64,000 bases of DNA from positions 74,826-138,825 of IMG/VR virus record IMGVR_UViG_3300025162_000019; one strand, given 5' to 3'. Origin of the DNA: a virus. Its lineage: Duplodnaviria; Heunggongvirae; Uroviricota; Caudoviricetes. Below the pieces are notes generated by a model, which saw nothing but the letters and a program-made list of their open reading frames with translations, had not been told where the DNA came from and made no database searches. Below are positions 27,920 through 37,376 of this stretch, piece after piece (the first letter of the stretch is position 1; each line of letters begins with the position of its first letter). The position numbers and the translations under genes were made by a program.

Positions 27920-28487
27920 GGATAAAATAGACAAAATATTAGTTGAAGCATCACTATCAAGGATATGGCAGCACATTGAGAAAGGCAATTCTTTAGGTGT
28001 TATTACTGCTTTTCGGTCGAATGATCCAGACAATCTTAAAAAAAATAAAAAACTACAATCTGAAATAAATGTAGCTGGATTTGGGTATTTTCCAATGAAT
28101 GGTGTATACATAGAAGATTTTGGTAGTGATGAGCCAAAAAAGGTTGAAGAGAGTTCATTCTTTGTTATTAGTACACATCCAGAAAAATTAAGAGATTTTC
28201 TTATTAAAATGGGTAAGAAATATGAACAGGACAGCGTATTGTTTATGGATAATTCGGTAGAAGATAAAGTTGCTGTTCTGATAGGTACAAAAGCTGATGC
28301 ATGGCCTGGTTTGGGTGTTGTTCATACATTAGGCAAATGGCATCCTAATAAGATAAGAGATTTTTATTCCAAGTTAAAGGGAAGTAAATCATTTGTATTT
28401 GAAGATATAGATATAAATATGGATTTACCTACTGGTTTAATGGCTAGATCAGTAAAAAATAAAATTGATTCTCAAGGTTTACAATAG
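27909..28487 (+). CDS. hypothetical protein
   Basis: 192 aa. Confidence 0.4.
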   Translation: MNVEDKIDKILVEASLSRIWQHIEKGNSLGVITAFRSNDPDNLKKNKKLQSEINVAGFGYFPMNGVYIEDFGSDEPKKVEESSFFVISTHPEKLRDFLIKMGKKYEQDSVLFMDNSVEDKVAVLIGTKADAWPGLGVVHTLGKWHPNKIRDFYSKLKGSKSFVFEDIDINMDLPTGLMARSVKNKIDSQGLQ

Positions 28488-28511
28488 ATATAGAGTGTAG
28501 TATAATAAAGT

Positions 28512-29399
28512 ATGAAAAAATTAAATTATATTGATGTTAAAAATAATATAGAAAATTTTGGATATAAGTTATTATCTGAAAAATATATAAATGCTTTGAC
28601 TAAACTAGAAATGCAATGTCCTGAAGGTCACGATTTTGAGATAAAATATAATAATTTTCAACAAGGTCAAAGATGCTCTATTTGTTTTGGTACGCCTAAG
28701 AAAATATTAAATGAAATTAAAGAGTATATAGAAAGTTTTAATTATAAATTACTTTCTACTGAATATAAAGATAATAGAACTAAACTAGAATTACAATGTT
28801 CTGAAGGCCATATATTTAAAATGGCATATGGTAGTTTTAAAAATCAAAATTATAGATGCCCGGAATGTGCTGGTAATAGAAAATTTATAATAGAAGATAT
28901 TAAAGAATATATTGAAAGTTTTGACTATAAACTTTTATCAACTGAATATGTAAATATATTTTCCAAGTTAAAAATACAATGTTTAAAAGGTCATATATAC
29001 GCTGTAACGTATAATAATTTTAAGAATCATAATAGAAGATGCCCAGAATGTTCAAATAGTAAAATGTTTTCTAAACCAGAAAAGGAAATTGCTGAATATG
29101 TTAAAGAGAATTATACTGGTGATGTTGTAGAAAATGACAGAACACAAATAGTAAATTATTGGACAGGTGTTGGATTAGAACTTGATGTTTGGATGCCAGA
29201 AGCAAGAAAAGCAATAGAATTTAATGGTTCTTATTGGCATAATAATGAAAATGCTAAATGGCATGATGAAATAAAAAAGAAACAATGCATACAAAAGAAA
29301 ATAGATTTATTAGTTATACAAGAGCAGGATTGGTATAATGATAAGGTATGTTGTTTAAATAAAATAAATAATTTAGTTTACAATACGGTTGGAATATAG
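28512..29399 (+). CDS. homing-endonuclease-like protein (3 repeats + Vsr/DUF559-like domain)
   Basis: own TTTACA-N17-TATAAT promoter at 28478; conserved ENDRTQ...LELDVWMPE...AIEFNGSYWH. Confidence 0.6.
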   Translation: MKKLNYIDVKNNIENFGYKLLSEKYINALTKLEMQCPEGHDFEIKYNNFQQGQRCSICFGTPKKILNEIKEYIESFNYKLLSTEYKDNRTKLELQCSEGHIFKMAYGSFKNQNYRCPECAGNRKFIIEDIKEYIESFDYKLLSTEYVNIFSKLKIQCLKGHIYAVTYNNFKNHNRRCPECSNSKMFSKPEKEIAEYVKENYTGDVVENDRTQIVNYWTGVGLELDVWMPEARKAIEFNGSYWHNNENAKWHDEIKKKQCIQKKIDLLVIQEQDWYNDKVCCLNKINNLVYNTVGI

Positions 29400-29449
29400 T
29401 ATAATAAATTAAAAGATAAAAAATAAAATTATGTAGAAGGAGATTAAAT

Positions 29450-30367
29450 ATGTGCGCTTCAAAATGGGTAGACAAGAATTTATTTGAGAATTTTGCAACA
29501 GAAAAGGAACAAGAAAAAGATAGGAGTGCTAATAAGCGATCAGATGTCGTGTGGCAAACTCCTGAAGCCGGAACTGAAGATAAACCCAAAATCTACGAAG
29601 GTCGTTTCCTACCAGATTTGAGAGGTAAATTCACTAAATCATATTTCTATCATATGTTTCAGATGGGAGATAAGTGGCAGTTTGTCCTTTGTCCCAAGAC
29701 ATATGATTTTGATAACTTCTGCCCTTTCTGTTCATTGGTAAATAAACTATACATGGGTAGTAAAGCTGACAAAGACATTGCTCCCAAATATAAAAGAAAG
29801 GCAAGGAATGTATCTAATTGGTTTGTTGTTGATGATCCGAGAGATGCTGCAATTCAAGATGAAACAAAGAAATCTACTGGTAAAGTAAAGTTGTATGAAT
29901 ACCCTGATAAGGTAGATGCTAAACTTAAAACTGAAATCCTTGATAAGAAAGAAGGATTGAGAGAGGCTATCTTTGATCCGTCCTCAGAAGGTCATAACTT
30001 TATTTTGAGAATAAAGCAGACAAAGAAAGATGCAAAAGGCAAGGCATATCCAGATTATGCAGAATCAGCATTTTCTCGTAAGTCCTCAGCATTAGGTACT
30101 GATGCTGAAATTAAGAAAATTATGGAAAGCCGTTTTTCCATTGAGGATTACATTAAGACTCTTGAAATCAAACAGGAAGATATGATTAGGATTTTGAAGT
30201 CTGAAATGTTATGGGAACTGGTCAATGATGATGCTAACAAGTATTGGTCGGTAGATAGAGAAAAAGTGCCTGAATCAGTTGAAGAATCTGATGTACCTGA
30301 TTTTAATGATGACATTGGTGAAGAAGAAACTGATGCTGATATTATGGCAAAGTTAGAAACAATATAA
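29450..30367 (+). CDS. T4 gp32-like single-stranded DNA-binding protein
   Basis: RFLPD motif; zinc ligands H-x12-C-x9-C-x2-C (HMFQ...CPKT...CPFC) with T4 gp32-like spacing; acidic C-terminal tail. Confidence 0.7.
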   Translation: MCASKWVDKNLFENFATEKEQEKDRSANKRSDVVWQTPEAGTEDKPKIYEGRFLPDLRGKFTKSYFYHMFQMGDKWQFVLCPKTYDFDNFCPFCSLVNKLYMGSKADKDIAPKYKRKARNVSNWFVVDDPRDAAIQDETKKSTGKVKLYEYPDKVDAKLKTEILDKKEGLREAIFDPSSEGHNFILRIKQTKKDAKGKAYPDYAESAFSRKSSALGTDAEIKKIMESRFSIEDYIKTLEIKQEDMIRILKSEMLWELVNDDANKYWSVDREKVPESVEESDVPDFNDDIGEEETDADIMAKLETI

Positions 30368-30394
30368 AAAAAGTAGAAAAGGAGAAAGAAAGTA

Positions 30395-31328
30395 ATGGCA
30401 AGTGGTAAAGTAAAGTGGTTTAATGACAGTAAGGGTTAATAAAGAATAAGATAAATAATCAAAGCATGAAATGGCAAAATAAATATAATATTGATATTGA
30501 AGAAGTACATACTAAAAACATGGAAGGATATAGTTTAACAGACTTATCTTCCATGTTTAATGTACCTAAAACAACATTGAATAGATATTTAAAGAAAGCA
30601 GGATATAGAATACTAATGAATAGGAAGATTTTACCATATTCATATTATATCACAGTAACTGAAAAGGAAATTGATTACAATTATAAGAGAAATAATACTG
30701 GACGGTGGAAAAGAAATTTGATATTTCATTACGGCCATAAATGTATTATTTGTGAATATGATAAAATTGTTGAAGCACATCATATTAAACCTCTTTCAGA
30801 TGGTGGTAAAACAAGTGTTGAAAATGGTATTTTATTATGCCCGAATTGTCATGCAGAAGTTCATGCTGGATTATTAAACTTAACCGAGGCCCTTATAAAA
30901 TTGGGTGAATTGCTGGAACATTCTTTAGAGAACAATCAGCAGCCAAGTCATGAAAGTAGGTATATACCGAGAGTCATGGAAGGTTCAACGACTAATTCCC
31001 GAGCGAAAGCAGTAATGGAAACAAGAGCGCCCAAATCTCGTAGTAATAGAATAGGAAAAGATATGTATATTTTAAATAATCCTTCCTTACGAGATATGAT
31101 ATAGTCTGATCTGCATATAAAAAATAAGTTGCAGAGTTATGGGATAAAGAGCCCATAAGATAACAAATGTTCGGCTTCATTGAGAAGGCAGATGGTGGTG
31201 ATGTGTTTGTTCATTTCAGTTCAATTCAAGGTGATGGATTCAAGTCACTTCAAGAAGGTGCGAGTGTAAGTTTTGATATTGAACAGGGTGCTAAAGGCCC
31301 ATCAGCAGTTAATGTAAGAACTATCTAA
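30395..31328 (+). CDS. cold-shock protein (CspA-like) gene split by an intron: exon 1 30395-30436, exon 2 31170-31328
   Basis: exon 1 [14 protein letters not shown] + exon 2 [52 protein letters not shown] gives an intact 66-aa Csp; RBS AAAGGAG. Confidence 0.55.
30437..31169 (+). mobile_element. group I (IA-like) intron carrying an HNH homing endonuclease ORF
   Basis: exon 1 ends in T, intron ends in G; R-like element GGTTCAACGACTAA (about 30975) and S-like element GATATGATATAGTC (about 31093) can form P7; HNH ORF inside. Confidence 0.5.
30466..31104 (+). CDS. intron-encoded HNH homing endonuclease with N-terminal HTH-like region
   Basis: CIICEY...[13 protein letters not shown]...[10 protein letters not shown]. 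Confidence 0.65.
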   Translation: MKWQNKYNIDIEEVHTKNMEGYSLTDLSSMFNVPKTTLNRYLKKAGYRILMNRKILPYSYYITVTEKEIDYNYKRNNTGRWKRNLIFHYGHKCIICEYDKIVEAHHIKPLSDGGKTSVENGILLCPNCHAEVHAGLLNLTEALIKLGELLEHSLENNQQPSHESRYIPRVMEGSTTNSRAKAVMETRAPKSRSNRIGKDMYILNNPSLRDMI

Positions 31329-31343
31329 GAAAGGAAGAAAGAT

Positions 31344-31562
31344 ATGAAAAAGATTTTTGAAAGATTCCGTAACTGGTTAAACAAGTATATTAATCTTAAA
31401 TTCATAACTATTACAGCTAAAATTATTATCGTTGGTTTATTATTGAGTACGGGATATTCATTACTAAACACCGATAGTAATTTAGGTGTAGGAGTAGGAA
31501 TAAGTATATTGGTTTTGGTATTGGCATGGATCGTTGCTAAAATATCTAACATCGTATTTTAA
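31344..31562 (+). CDS. small membrane protein
   Basis: two predicted TM segments. Confidence 0.35.
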   Translation: MKKIFERFRNWLNKYINLKFITITAKIIIVGLLLSTGYSLLNTDSNLGVGVGISILVLVLAWIVAKISNIVF

Positions 31563-31577
31563 GAAAAGGAGAATAAA

Positions 31578-32441
31578 ATGTTTAAGAAACTGTTAGGTGG
31601 TATTGTTGGTGGTTTGTTACTTTTTAGTTTAGTTGGCTGTGGTTGTCAAAAAATTGAGCCAGGTCATGTTGGTATTCAAGTTAATAATCTTGGTTCAGAT
31701 CGTGGTGTTCAAAGTTATACAATGAAAACAGGTCTTGTATTTTATATGCCTATTATGTCTACTATTTTTGAATACCCAACATATATGCAAACTGCTAGTT
31801 GGACACACGACAAAAATGAAGGTAGTGAAAATAATGAAGAAATTACTTTCAATACTAAAGAAGGGTTGGTTGTAAGTGGTGATGTTTCTTTGGGTTATCA
31901 ACTTATTGCATCAAAGGTTCCTAATTTTTATGTAACATTCAGGTCTGATGATCTTAATGGTTTTACACATGGATTTTTGAGAAATATTGCAAGAGATGCC
32001 TTCAATGAAGTTGGTGCTAAATATTCTGTAGAAGATGTATATGGTGCCAAAAAAGAAGATTTCCTAAAAGAAGTAAAGGCATATGTAAATAGTCAAGTAG
32101 TTAAATTCGGTGTACAAATTGAACAGTTTGGTTTCATTGGGGCATTGAGGATTCCTGCTGGTGTAAAAGGTGCATTAGATGCTAAGATTCAGGCAACACA
32201 GGATGCTATCAGAGCAGAGAATCAGGTAAGACAGGCAAAAGCTGAAGCTGAAAAGAGAATTGCTGAAGCTGTAGGTATTTCAAAGGCAAATGAATTGATT
32301 ACAACTTCCATTACAGATAAGTTAATTGAATGGAGAAGGTTGGAAGTTACTCAGCAAGCTGTCGCAAAATGGAATGGTGCAAGACCAATGGTTGAAGGTA
32401 ATGGTTCTGGTCTATTATTAAATATTAATCCTAACAAGTAA
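31578..32441 (+). CDS. SPFH/band-7 (prohibitin-like) domain lipoprotein
   Basis: signal peptide + lipobox LVGCGC; SPFH-like core; coiled-coil AKAEAEKRIAEA. Confidence 0.55.
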   Translation: MFKKLLGGIVGGLLLFSLVGCGCQKIEPGHVGIQVNNLGSDRGVQSYTMKTGLVFYMPIMSTIFEYPTYMQTASWTHDKNEGSENNEEITFNTKEGLVVSGDVSLGYQLIASKVPNFYVTFRSDDLNGFTHGFLRNIARDAFNEVGAKYSVEDVYGAKKEDFLKEVKAYVNSQVVKFGVQIEQFGFIGALRIPAGVKGALDAKIQATQDAIRAENQVRQAKAEAEKRIAEAVGISKANELITTSITDKLIEWRRLEVTQQAVAKWNGARPMVEGNGSGLLLNINPNK

Positions 32442-32469
32442 TTTAACGAAATATTATAGACAGACTAAA

Positions 32470-32496
32470 GGGATACAAATCGTGTCCCTTTTTTCT
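32470..32496 (+). terminator. rho-independent terminator
   Basis: GGGATAC-AAATC-GTGTCCC then TTTTTTC. Confidence 0.6.
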
Positions 32497-32681
32497 TGCG
32501 CCTTATAGTGACAAAATGTTAAACTCATTGAATGGGTCATTAAATCTACATTACACAAATGAACTTTATTTGATGTAAATATATTATAGTTCCTTATTAT
32601 ATATGATAAAACTTTTATTTTTGATTTTTAGTCTTTTGGTATGATAATCGTATATACAATGGTAAGAGATTAAAAAACTAA

Positions 32682-32975
32682 ATGAGTGGAGGATTTACAA
32701 TGAAAAAGACATTAGGAACAATCGTAACAGGTTTAGCAATCGTAGGTATGACAGCTGGGGCGGCAATAGCAGGTTCAGTACTAACAGATAATTCGGTATT
32801 TCCGTATTTTCAGTTTGGTTGTTTAGTGCTAGGTGGATTGATTATAACAAGTTTAAAGGCAAAGTATTCAAAGATTTATATGGGTGAAGCAATTGGTAGT
32901 TTCGCAATGTATGCAGTATTAGTTGCATTGTTTACTAACCCTGTCATTGATGCAGTTAAAACTCTTTTGAGTTAG
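32682..32975 (+). CDS. membrane protein
   Basis: RBS GGAGG; 3 TM. Confidence 0.4.
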   Translation: MSGGFTMKKTLGTIVTGLAIVGMTAGAAIAGSVLTDNSVFPYFQFGCLVLGGLIITSLKAKYSKIYMGEAIGSFAMYAVLVALFTNPVIDAVKTLLS

Positions 32976-32984
32976 GAGGTTGTT

Positions 32985-33194
32985 ATGTTAAACTATACTA
33001 AACTATTGTCTATGTGTGAATGGAGTGCATGGGGATTTACCATACCAGTATCTAGTATATTATTCGCATATACAGGATATAAAATAGATACATTTTTTAG
33101 TATAGAACCAACTTTTATGTTAGGATTTCTTTTTCTTGCAATATGTTTATGTTTAGGTAAATTGTTTAAAAATGTACAATTACAAATAAAATAA
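32985..33194 (+). CDS. small membrane protein
   Basis: 2 TM. Confidence 0.35.
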   Translation: MLNYTKLLSMCEWSAWGFTIPVSSILFAYTGYKIDTFFSIEPTFMLGFLFLAICLCLGKLFKNVQLQIK

Positions 33195-33216
33195 ATGACT
33201 TCATATAATCTGTAAG

Positions 33217-33258
33217 ATACCCTATAAAGTGTATTATACCTTTATAGGGTATTTTCCT
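33217..33258 (+). terminator. hairpin terminator
   Basis: ATACCCTATAAAG-10 nt-CTTTATAGGGTAT then TTTCC. Confidence 0.45.
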
Positions 33259-33321
33259 GCTTAAAATATAAATGATATAAATATAATGTATGAGTATTAA
33301 ATATATTTTAAGAGGTGCGAT

Positions 33322-33588
33322 ATGAGATTAGAACAATATATAAAAGAGGCTGAAGGTAAAGAGGAACTTAAAAAATGGGGTCAGACTTTCGGCAAGCATC
33401 ATGGTGTTGGCCCTACAGAGCATGGCTTTTTTGATATATGTGTAGAACATATGAAGGGAAAAATTGATAACCCTGAAGCCTTTTGTGCGAGGGTAAAAGA
33501 TTCTGCTTACGGGAGTACGATGTGGAGGGGCAAAGATAAATCCAAAAAGGAAATAGAAAAAGATGTAAAGGAGCATCCCTTAAAATAA
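33322..33588 (+). CDS. hypothetical protein
   Basis: 88 aa. Confidence 0.4.
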   Translation: MRLEQYIKEAEGKEELKKWGQTFGKHHGVGPTEHGFFDICVEHMKGKIDNPEAFCARVKDSAYGSTMWRGKDKSKKEIEKDVKEHPLK

Positions 33589-33590
33589 TA

Positions 33591-34469
33591 ATGAATAAAA
33601 AATATACTATAGAAAATATTAAAAAAATAATGTTAGATTTTAGTTATGAACTATTATCTAATGAATATAAAAATAATACATCAAAACTTAAAATAAAATG
33701 TGATAACAACCATATTTTTATTACTGATATGAAGCATTTTAAAAGAGGTCATAAATGCCCTGAATGTTCTAAAAATAAAAAACACACTATTGAAAATATT
33801 AAAGAATATATAGAAAGTCTTAACTATAAACTTTTATCATCAGAATACATTAATACTCTTACAAAATTAACATTACAATGCCCTGAAGGCCATATTTATT
33901 TATCCACATATAGTAATTTTCAACAAGGAAAAAGATGTCCTGTTTGTTTTGGAACACCTAAGAAAACATTAGAAAATGTTAGTAAATATATTGAAATGTT
34001 TGGATATAAAGTTCTATCAACTGAATATATAACTAATAATACAAAATTAAAATTATCATGCCCCAATAATCATACTTTTAAGATGAGTTATAGTAGTTTT
34101 CATACAGGACAAAGATGCCCATTATGCTCTTATATAAATAGTGGTTCAATACCTGAAAAGGAAATAGCTGAGTATACTAAAGCAATATATTCTGGTGAAG
34201 TTATAGAAAATGATAGAACACAAGTTAAAAACTATTTTACAAACTATCCATTGGAACTAGACATATATATACCAAAATCATCTAAAGCAATTGAATTTAA
34301 CGGAAAATATTGGCATAATAATGACTATATAAAGTGGAAAGATGAAATGAAACGAAAACAATGTATGAAAAGAGGAATTGATTTATTAGTGATAGATGAA
34401 AAGGAATGGTGTAAAAATAAGGATCAGATTTTTAAAAATATTAAGATATTTTTAAAGGAGATTAGATAA
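33591..34469 (+). CDS. homing-endonuclease-like protein (3 repeats + Vsr/DUF559-like domain)
   Basis: same architecture; most diverged C-terminus (LELDIYIPKSSKAIEFNGKYWH). Confidence 0.6.
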   Translation: MNKKYTIENIKKIMLDFSYELLSNEYKNNTSKLKIKCDNNHIFITDMKHFKRGHKCPECSKNKKHTIENIKEYIESLNYKLLSSEYINTLTKLTLQCPEGHIYLSTYSNFQQGKRCPVCFGTPKKTLENVSKYIEMFGYKVLSTEYITNNTKLKLSCPNNHTFKMSYSSFHTGQRCPLCSYINSGSIPEKEIAEYTKAIYSGEVIENDRTQVKNYFTNYPLELDIYIPKSSKAIEFNGKYWHNNDYIKWKDEMKRKQCMKRGIDLLVIDEKEWCKNKDQIFKNIKIFLKEIR

Positions 34470-34625
34470 ATGAAACTTAAAGACTACTTAGAAGCATCCA
34501 AAGCCGTGGATGAGAATGCTAAGAAATATATCTTTTCATGTAAGGCTTGTGAGTATGTTAAAAAATGTAAGTTCAAAGTAATGACAGATACAATACCAGA
34601 AGATTGTCCAATGAAAAGAGGATAA

Positions 34626-35597
34626 ATGAGATTAGATAACTTTGTAAATGAAAGAGCACCTGTTACTGATAGCATATTTGATGAAGAAATCAAAAATAAT
34701 GATGAAGCATTAAAGATGCGCTTTGAAATGATTATACTGAAACTAAGAAGAGAGTGTTCTGAAATCATAAGAGAATATAAAAAAAATAAGGCATATTTAT
34801 ATAGAGGTTACAACTCAAATCAGTTATATCTTACTAAAACACCAAGAATTGATAGGCGACCAATGGATATGCCTAAAGAGGTACATGATTTATTTGATAA
34901 TGCATTTAAAAAAGAATTTGGTTGGAAGGTTAGAAGCGAAGGTGCATTTGTAACTACACAGCATCGTAAAGCTAATGGATATGGCGATGTTTATTTATTT
35001 TTTCCTGTGAATAGTTATAAGTATGTTTATAGTCCAACTGTTCATGATTTATTTGTAGATTATATGCAAAATGGCATACTTAGAATGACAAATGACGATT
35101 ATAGAAATGGGAAAATCGGTGAAGAATACTATGATAAATACAGGGAACATTATAATAAAAATGGTTACTGGACTACAAAAAATATAGAATTTAATACAAA
35201 GTTTTTTGAAGATTTTCATGGTAGTGGCGCAGACTTTAAGGCTATAGTAGATCATATGAAAGAGTTATATGGTAAGAAGATTGTATATAATATAGTAAAC
35301 CAGATACTTTTCATGACTTATATAGATGGCGATAGTAAAAAGAAAATAAATTTTGATTGGACACCTAATGTTAAAGAAGATGATTATTTCAATATGAGGG
35401 TAGAGGAAATAGATAAGCAAATTGATGGCGAAATAGATAAATATATGAATGGATATAAAGATTATGGCTTATTTAATAACATACATAGTTTAGATAATCA
35501 AGAGATAAGCTTTAAGTGTGATAAGTTTTATATAGTTAGATTAGAAGAAATCATAGAACAATATAAAGATTTGGATAATTTTATCAAGGAACTATAG
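34626..35597 (+). CDS. hypothetical protein; weak R-S-E ADP-ribosyltransferase-like pattern
   Basis: YLYRGY then FVTTQ then acidic EE later; speculative. Confidence 0.3.
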   Translation: MRLDNFVNERAPVTDSIFDEEIKNNDEALKMRFEMIILKLRRECSEIIREYKKNKAYLYRGYNSNQLYLTKTPRIDRRPMDMPKEVHDLFDNAFKKEFGWKVRSEGAFVTTQHRKANGYGDVYLFFPVNSYKYVYSPTVHDLFVDYMQNGILRMTNDDYRNGKIGEEYYDKYREHYNKNGYWTTKNIEFNTKFFEDFHGSGADFKAIVDHMKELYGKKIVYNIVNQILFMTYIDGDSKKKINFDWTPNVKEDDYFNMRVEEIDKQIDGEIDKYMNGYKDYGLFNNIHSLDNQEISFKCDKFYIVRLEEIIEQYKDLDNFIKEL

Positions 35598-35599
35598 AC

Positions 35600-35628
35600 T
35601 TGACAAATCAGTATGTTTGTGGTATAAT
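35600..35628 (+). promoter_or_regulatory. consensus sigma-70 promoter
   Basis: TTGACA-N17-TATAAT with TG. Confidence 0.6.
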
Positions 35629-35651
35629 AACATATTAAAGGAGTAGTGATT

Positions 35652-35888
35652 ATGAAAATTGAAGAAAAAATAGATAGGTATTTAAAGATGCTTGATGAAG
35701 AAGTAGGTGACGATCCTAGTGATAAAGAAATAGAAGCTATACAAAAACAAATAGAAATTTTAACTAAAAGTAAAGAAAATATAGATGATCCTAAACGAAA
35801 AGCTGATGTGAATAAAAAAATAGCTAATTTGAAATATAAAATAGCAGATATAAAAGATAGAAAAGTCGAAGATAAAGAAGAAAAATAG
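35652..35888 (+). CDS. small coiled-coil protein
   Basis: RBS AAAGGAG. Confidence 0.35.
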   Translation: MKIEEKIDRYLKMLDEEVGDDPSDKEIEAIQKQIEILTKSKENIDDPKRKADVNKKIANLKYKIADIKDRKVEDKEEK

Positions 35889-35901
35889 AGAGGATGCATC
35901 A

Positions 35902-36054
35902 ATGACAAAACTACAAGAGTATTTAATTGAAATGCCTAGCATTGGTAGTAAATCTTCAGGTGACGGATTGCAAAAAGAAGATAAAAGTAAGCTAGATAAA
36001 GTTGGAAAACAAATTGCAAAAGAATTAGAAGTAATGTTCAAAAAAAGAAATTAA
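35902..36054 (+). CDS. small protein, paralogue of 36137-36373
   Basis: shared LTEMPSVGSKSS...LDKVG motif. Confidence 0.3.
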   Translation: MTKLQEYLIEMPSIGSKSSGDGLQKEDKSKLDKVGKQIAKELEVMFKKRN

Positions 36055-36136
36055 TAAGATAGAAGATGATATAGAAGATACAAAATATCATTATTTATTT
36101 TCCGCCACTATAAAACAGGCAGATATAAGTTATAAA

Positions 36137-36373
36137 ATGATAGAAGATAAAATTAATGAATATCTAACTGAAATGCCTAGTGTTGGTAGTAAATCTAGTG
36201 CATCAATAAAAAAAGAAACTAGAGATGCATTAGATAAAGTTGGAATGTTAAAAGGTAAAGAGTTAGAAAAAACTATTAAAAAAGAAATCTCTAAAATAGA
36301 TGGGTATACTGAAAGACAAAAATATAGTTATTTATTTTCGGTAATCTTTGATAATACTTCGCAATGGCTATAA
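36137..36373 (+). CDS. small protein, paralogue of 35902-36054
   Basis: 78 aa. Confidence 0.35.
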   Translation: MIEDKINEYLTEMPSVGSKSSASIKKETRDALDKVGMLKGKELEKTIKKEISKIDGYTERQKYSYLFSVIFDNTSQWL

Positions 36374-36558
36374 TAGATGAATATAACTTTTATATAACAG
36401 AATACCCTGATATAGCTGAACTAGTAAATGAATTAGAAGATGCTTTAAAGTCTAATATAATAGAAACAGAAACTTCAGCTGTATTATATAGTGAATATAA
36501 AAAACTAAAAGAGATTGTTATAAAAATAAAAGAACTAGAGGAACTAATTTGTTTATGA
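36364..36558 (+). CDS. hypothetical protein
   Basis: 64 aa. Confidence 0.35.
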   Translation: MAIIDEYNFYITEYPDIAELVNELEDALKSNIIETETSAVLYSEYKKLKEIVIKIKELEELICL

Positions 36559-37367
36559 AAAGGTTATACATACAACACAGAACTACATTTGAATCAGAAC
36601 ATAAAATTATACACCCATATCCATTTAGAGAACTGAAAATAAAATTGGATATAAACTCACCTTCTCAACAGTATATGTATCGTTCATATTTATTAGATGA
36701 GCCATATGAAAAAGAAACTATAGATATTTTAACAAAGTATTTAACTAAAGAAGATATATTCATTGATATTGGTGCCCATATAGGTTATTTTACTATTCTA
36801 GGTGCATATTTAGCTGATAAAGTATATTCATTTGAACCTGATACGGATAATTATACACATCTTATAGAAAATTGTGTATTAAATAAATTGCCAAATGTTA
36901 AAATTAATCAGTCAGTTGTAAGTGATCGCAATGGAAAGGCAACTTTTTATACAAATATAGATAATGATGGTGGCCATGCTTTATGGAATCCAGGCTTACA
37001 TGAATTTAATTATCTATGTAGAGAAAAGCAACTGGTAAAAACTATTACACAAGGAACATTAGATACATTTATATCTTTTCTAAATATAGTTAAGAATAAA
37101 GTTAAAGTTATAAAGATGGATACTGAAGGTGCTGAAGTTTTAATATTGAGAGGTATGAAAGATATACTACAAAGTGAGTATCTAAAATTAGTTGTATGTG
37201 AATATAATTTATTTGGTATGCACAGACTAAGAACAGATGGCGATGAAATGTTTAATATAATGACATTTAATGGATTTAAACCGTATGATGAAAATATGAA
37301 ACTTATAACACCAGAAAATAGTAAAGATAGAGAAAGAACAGAGAATATATTTTTTATAAGGGGATAA
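36549..37367 (+). CDS. FkbM-family SAM-dependent methyltransferase
   Basis: DIGAHIGYFT...VYSFEP...NQSVVSDRNGKATFY. Confidence 0.55.
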   Translation: MFMKRLYIQHRTTFESEHKIIHPYPFRELKIKLDINSPSQQYMYRSYLLDEPYEKETIDILTKYLTKEDIFIDIGAHIGYFTILGAYLADKVYSFEPDTDNYTHLIENCVLNKLPNVKINQSVVSDRNGKATFYTNIDNDGGHALWNPGLHEFNYLCREKQLVKTITQGTLDTFISFLNIVKNKVKVIKMDTEGAEVLILRGMKDILQSEYLKLVVCEYNLFGMHRLRTDGDEMFNIMTFNGFKPYDENMKLITPENSKDRERTENIFFIRG

Positions 37368-37376
37368 AGATAGGGT

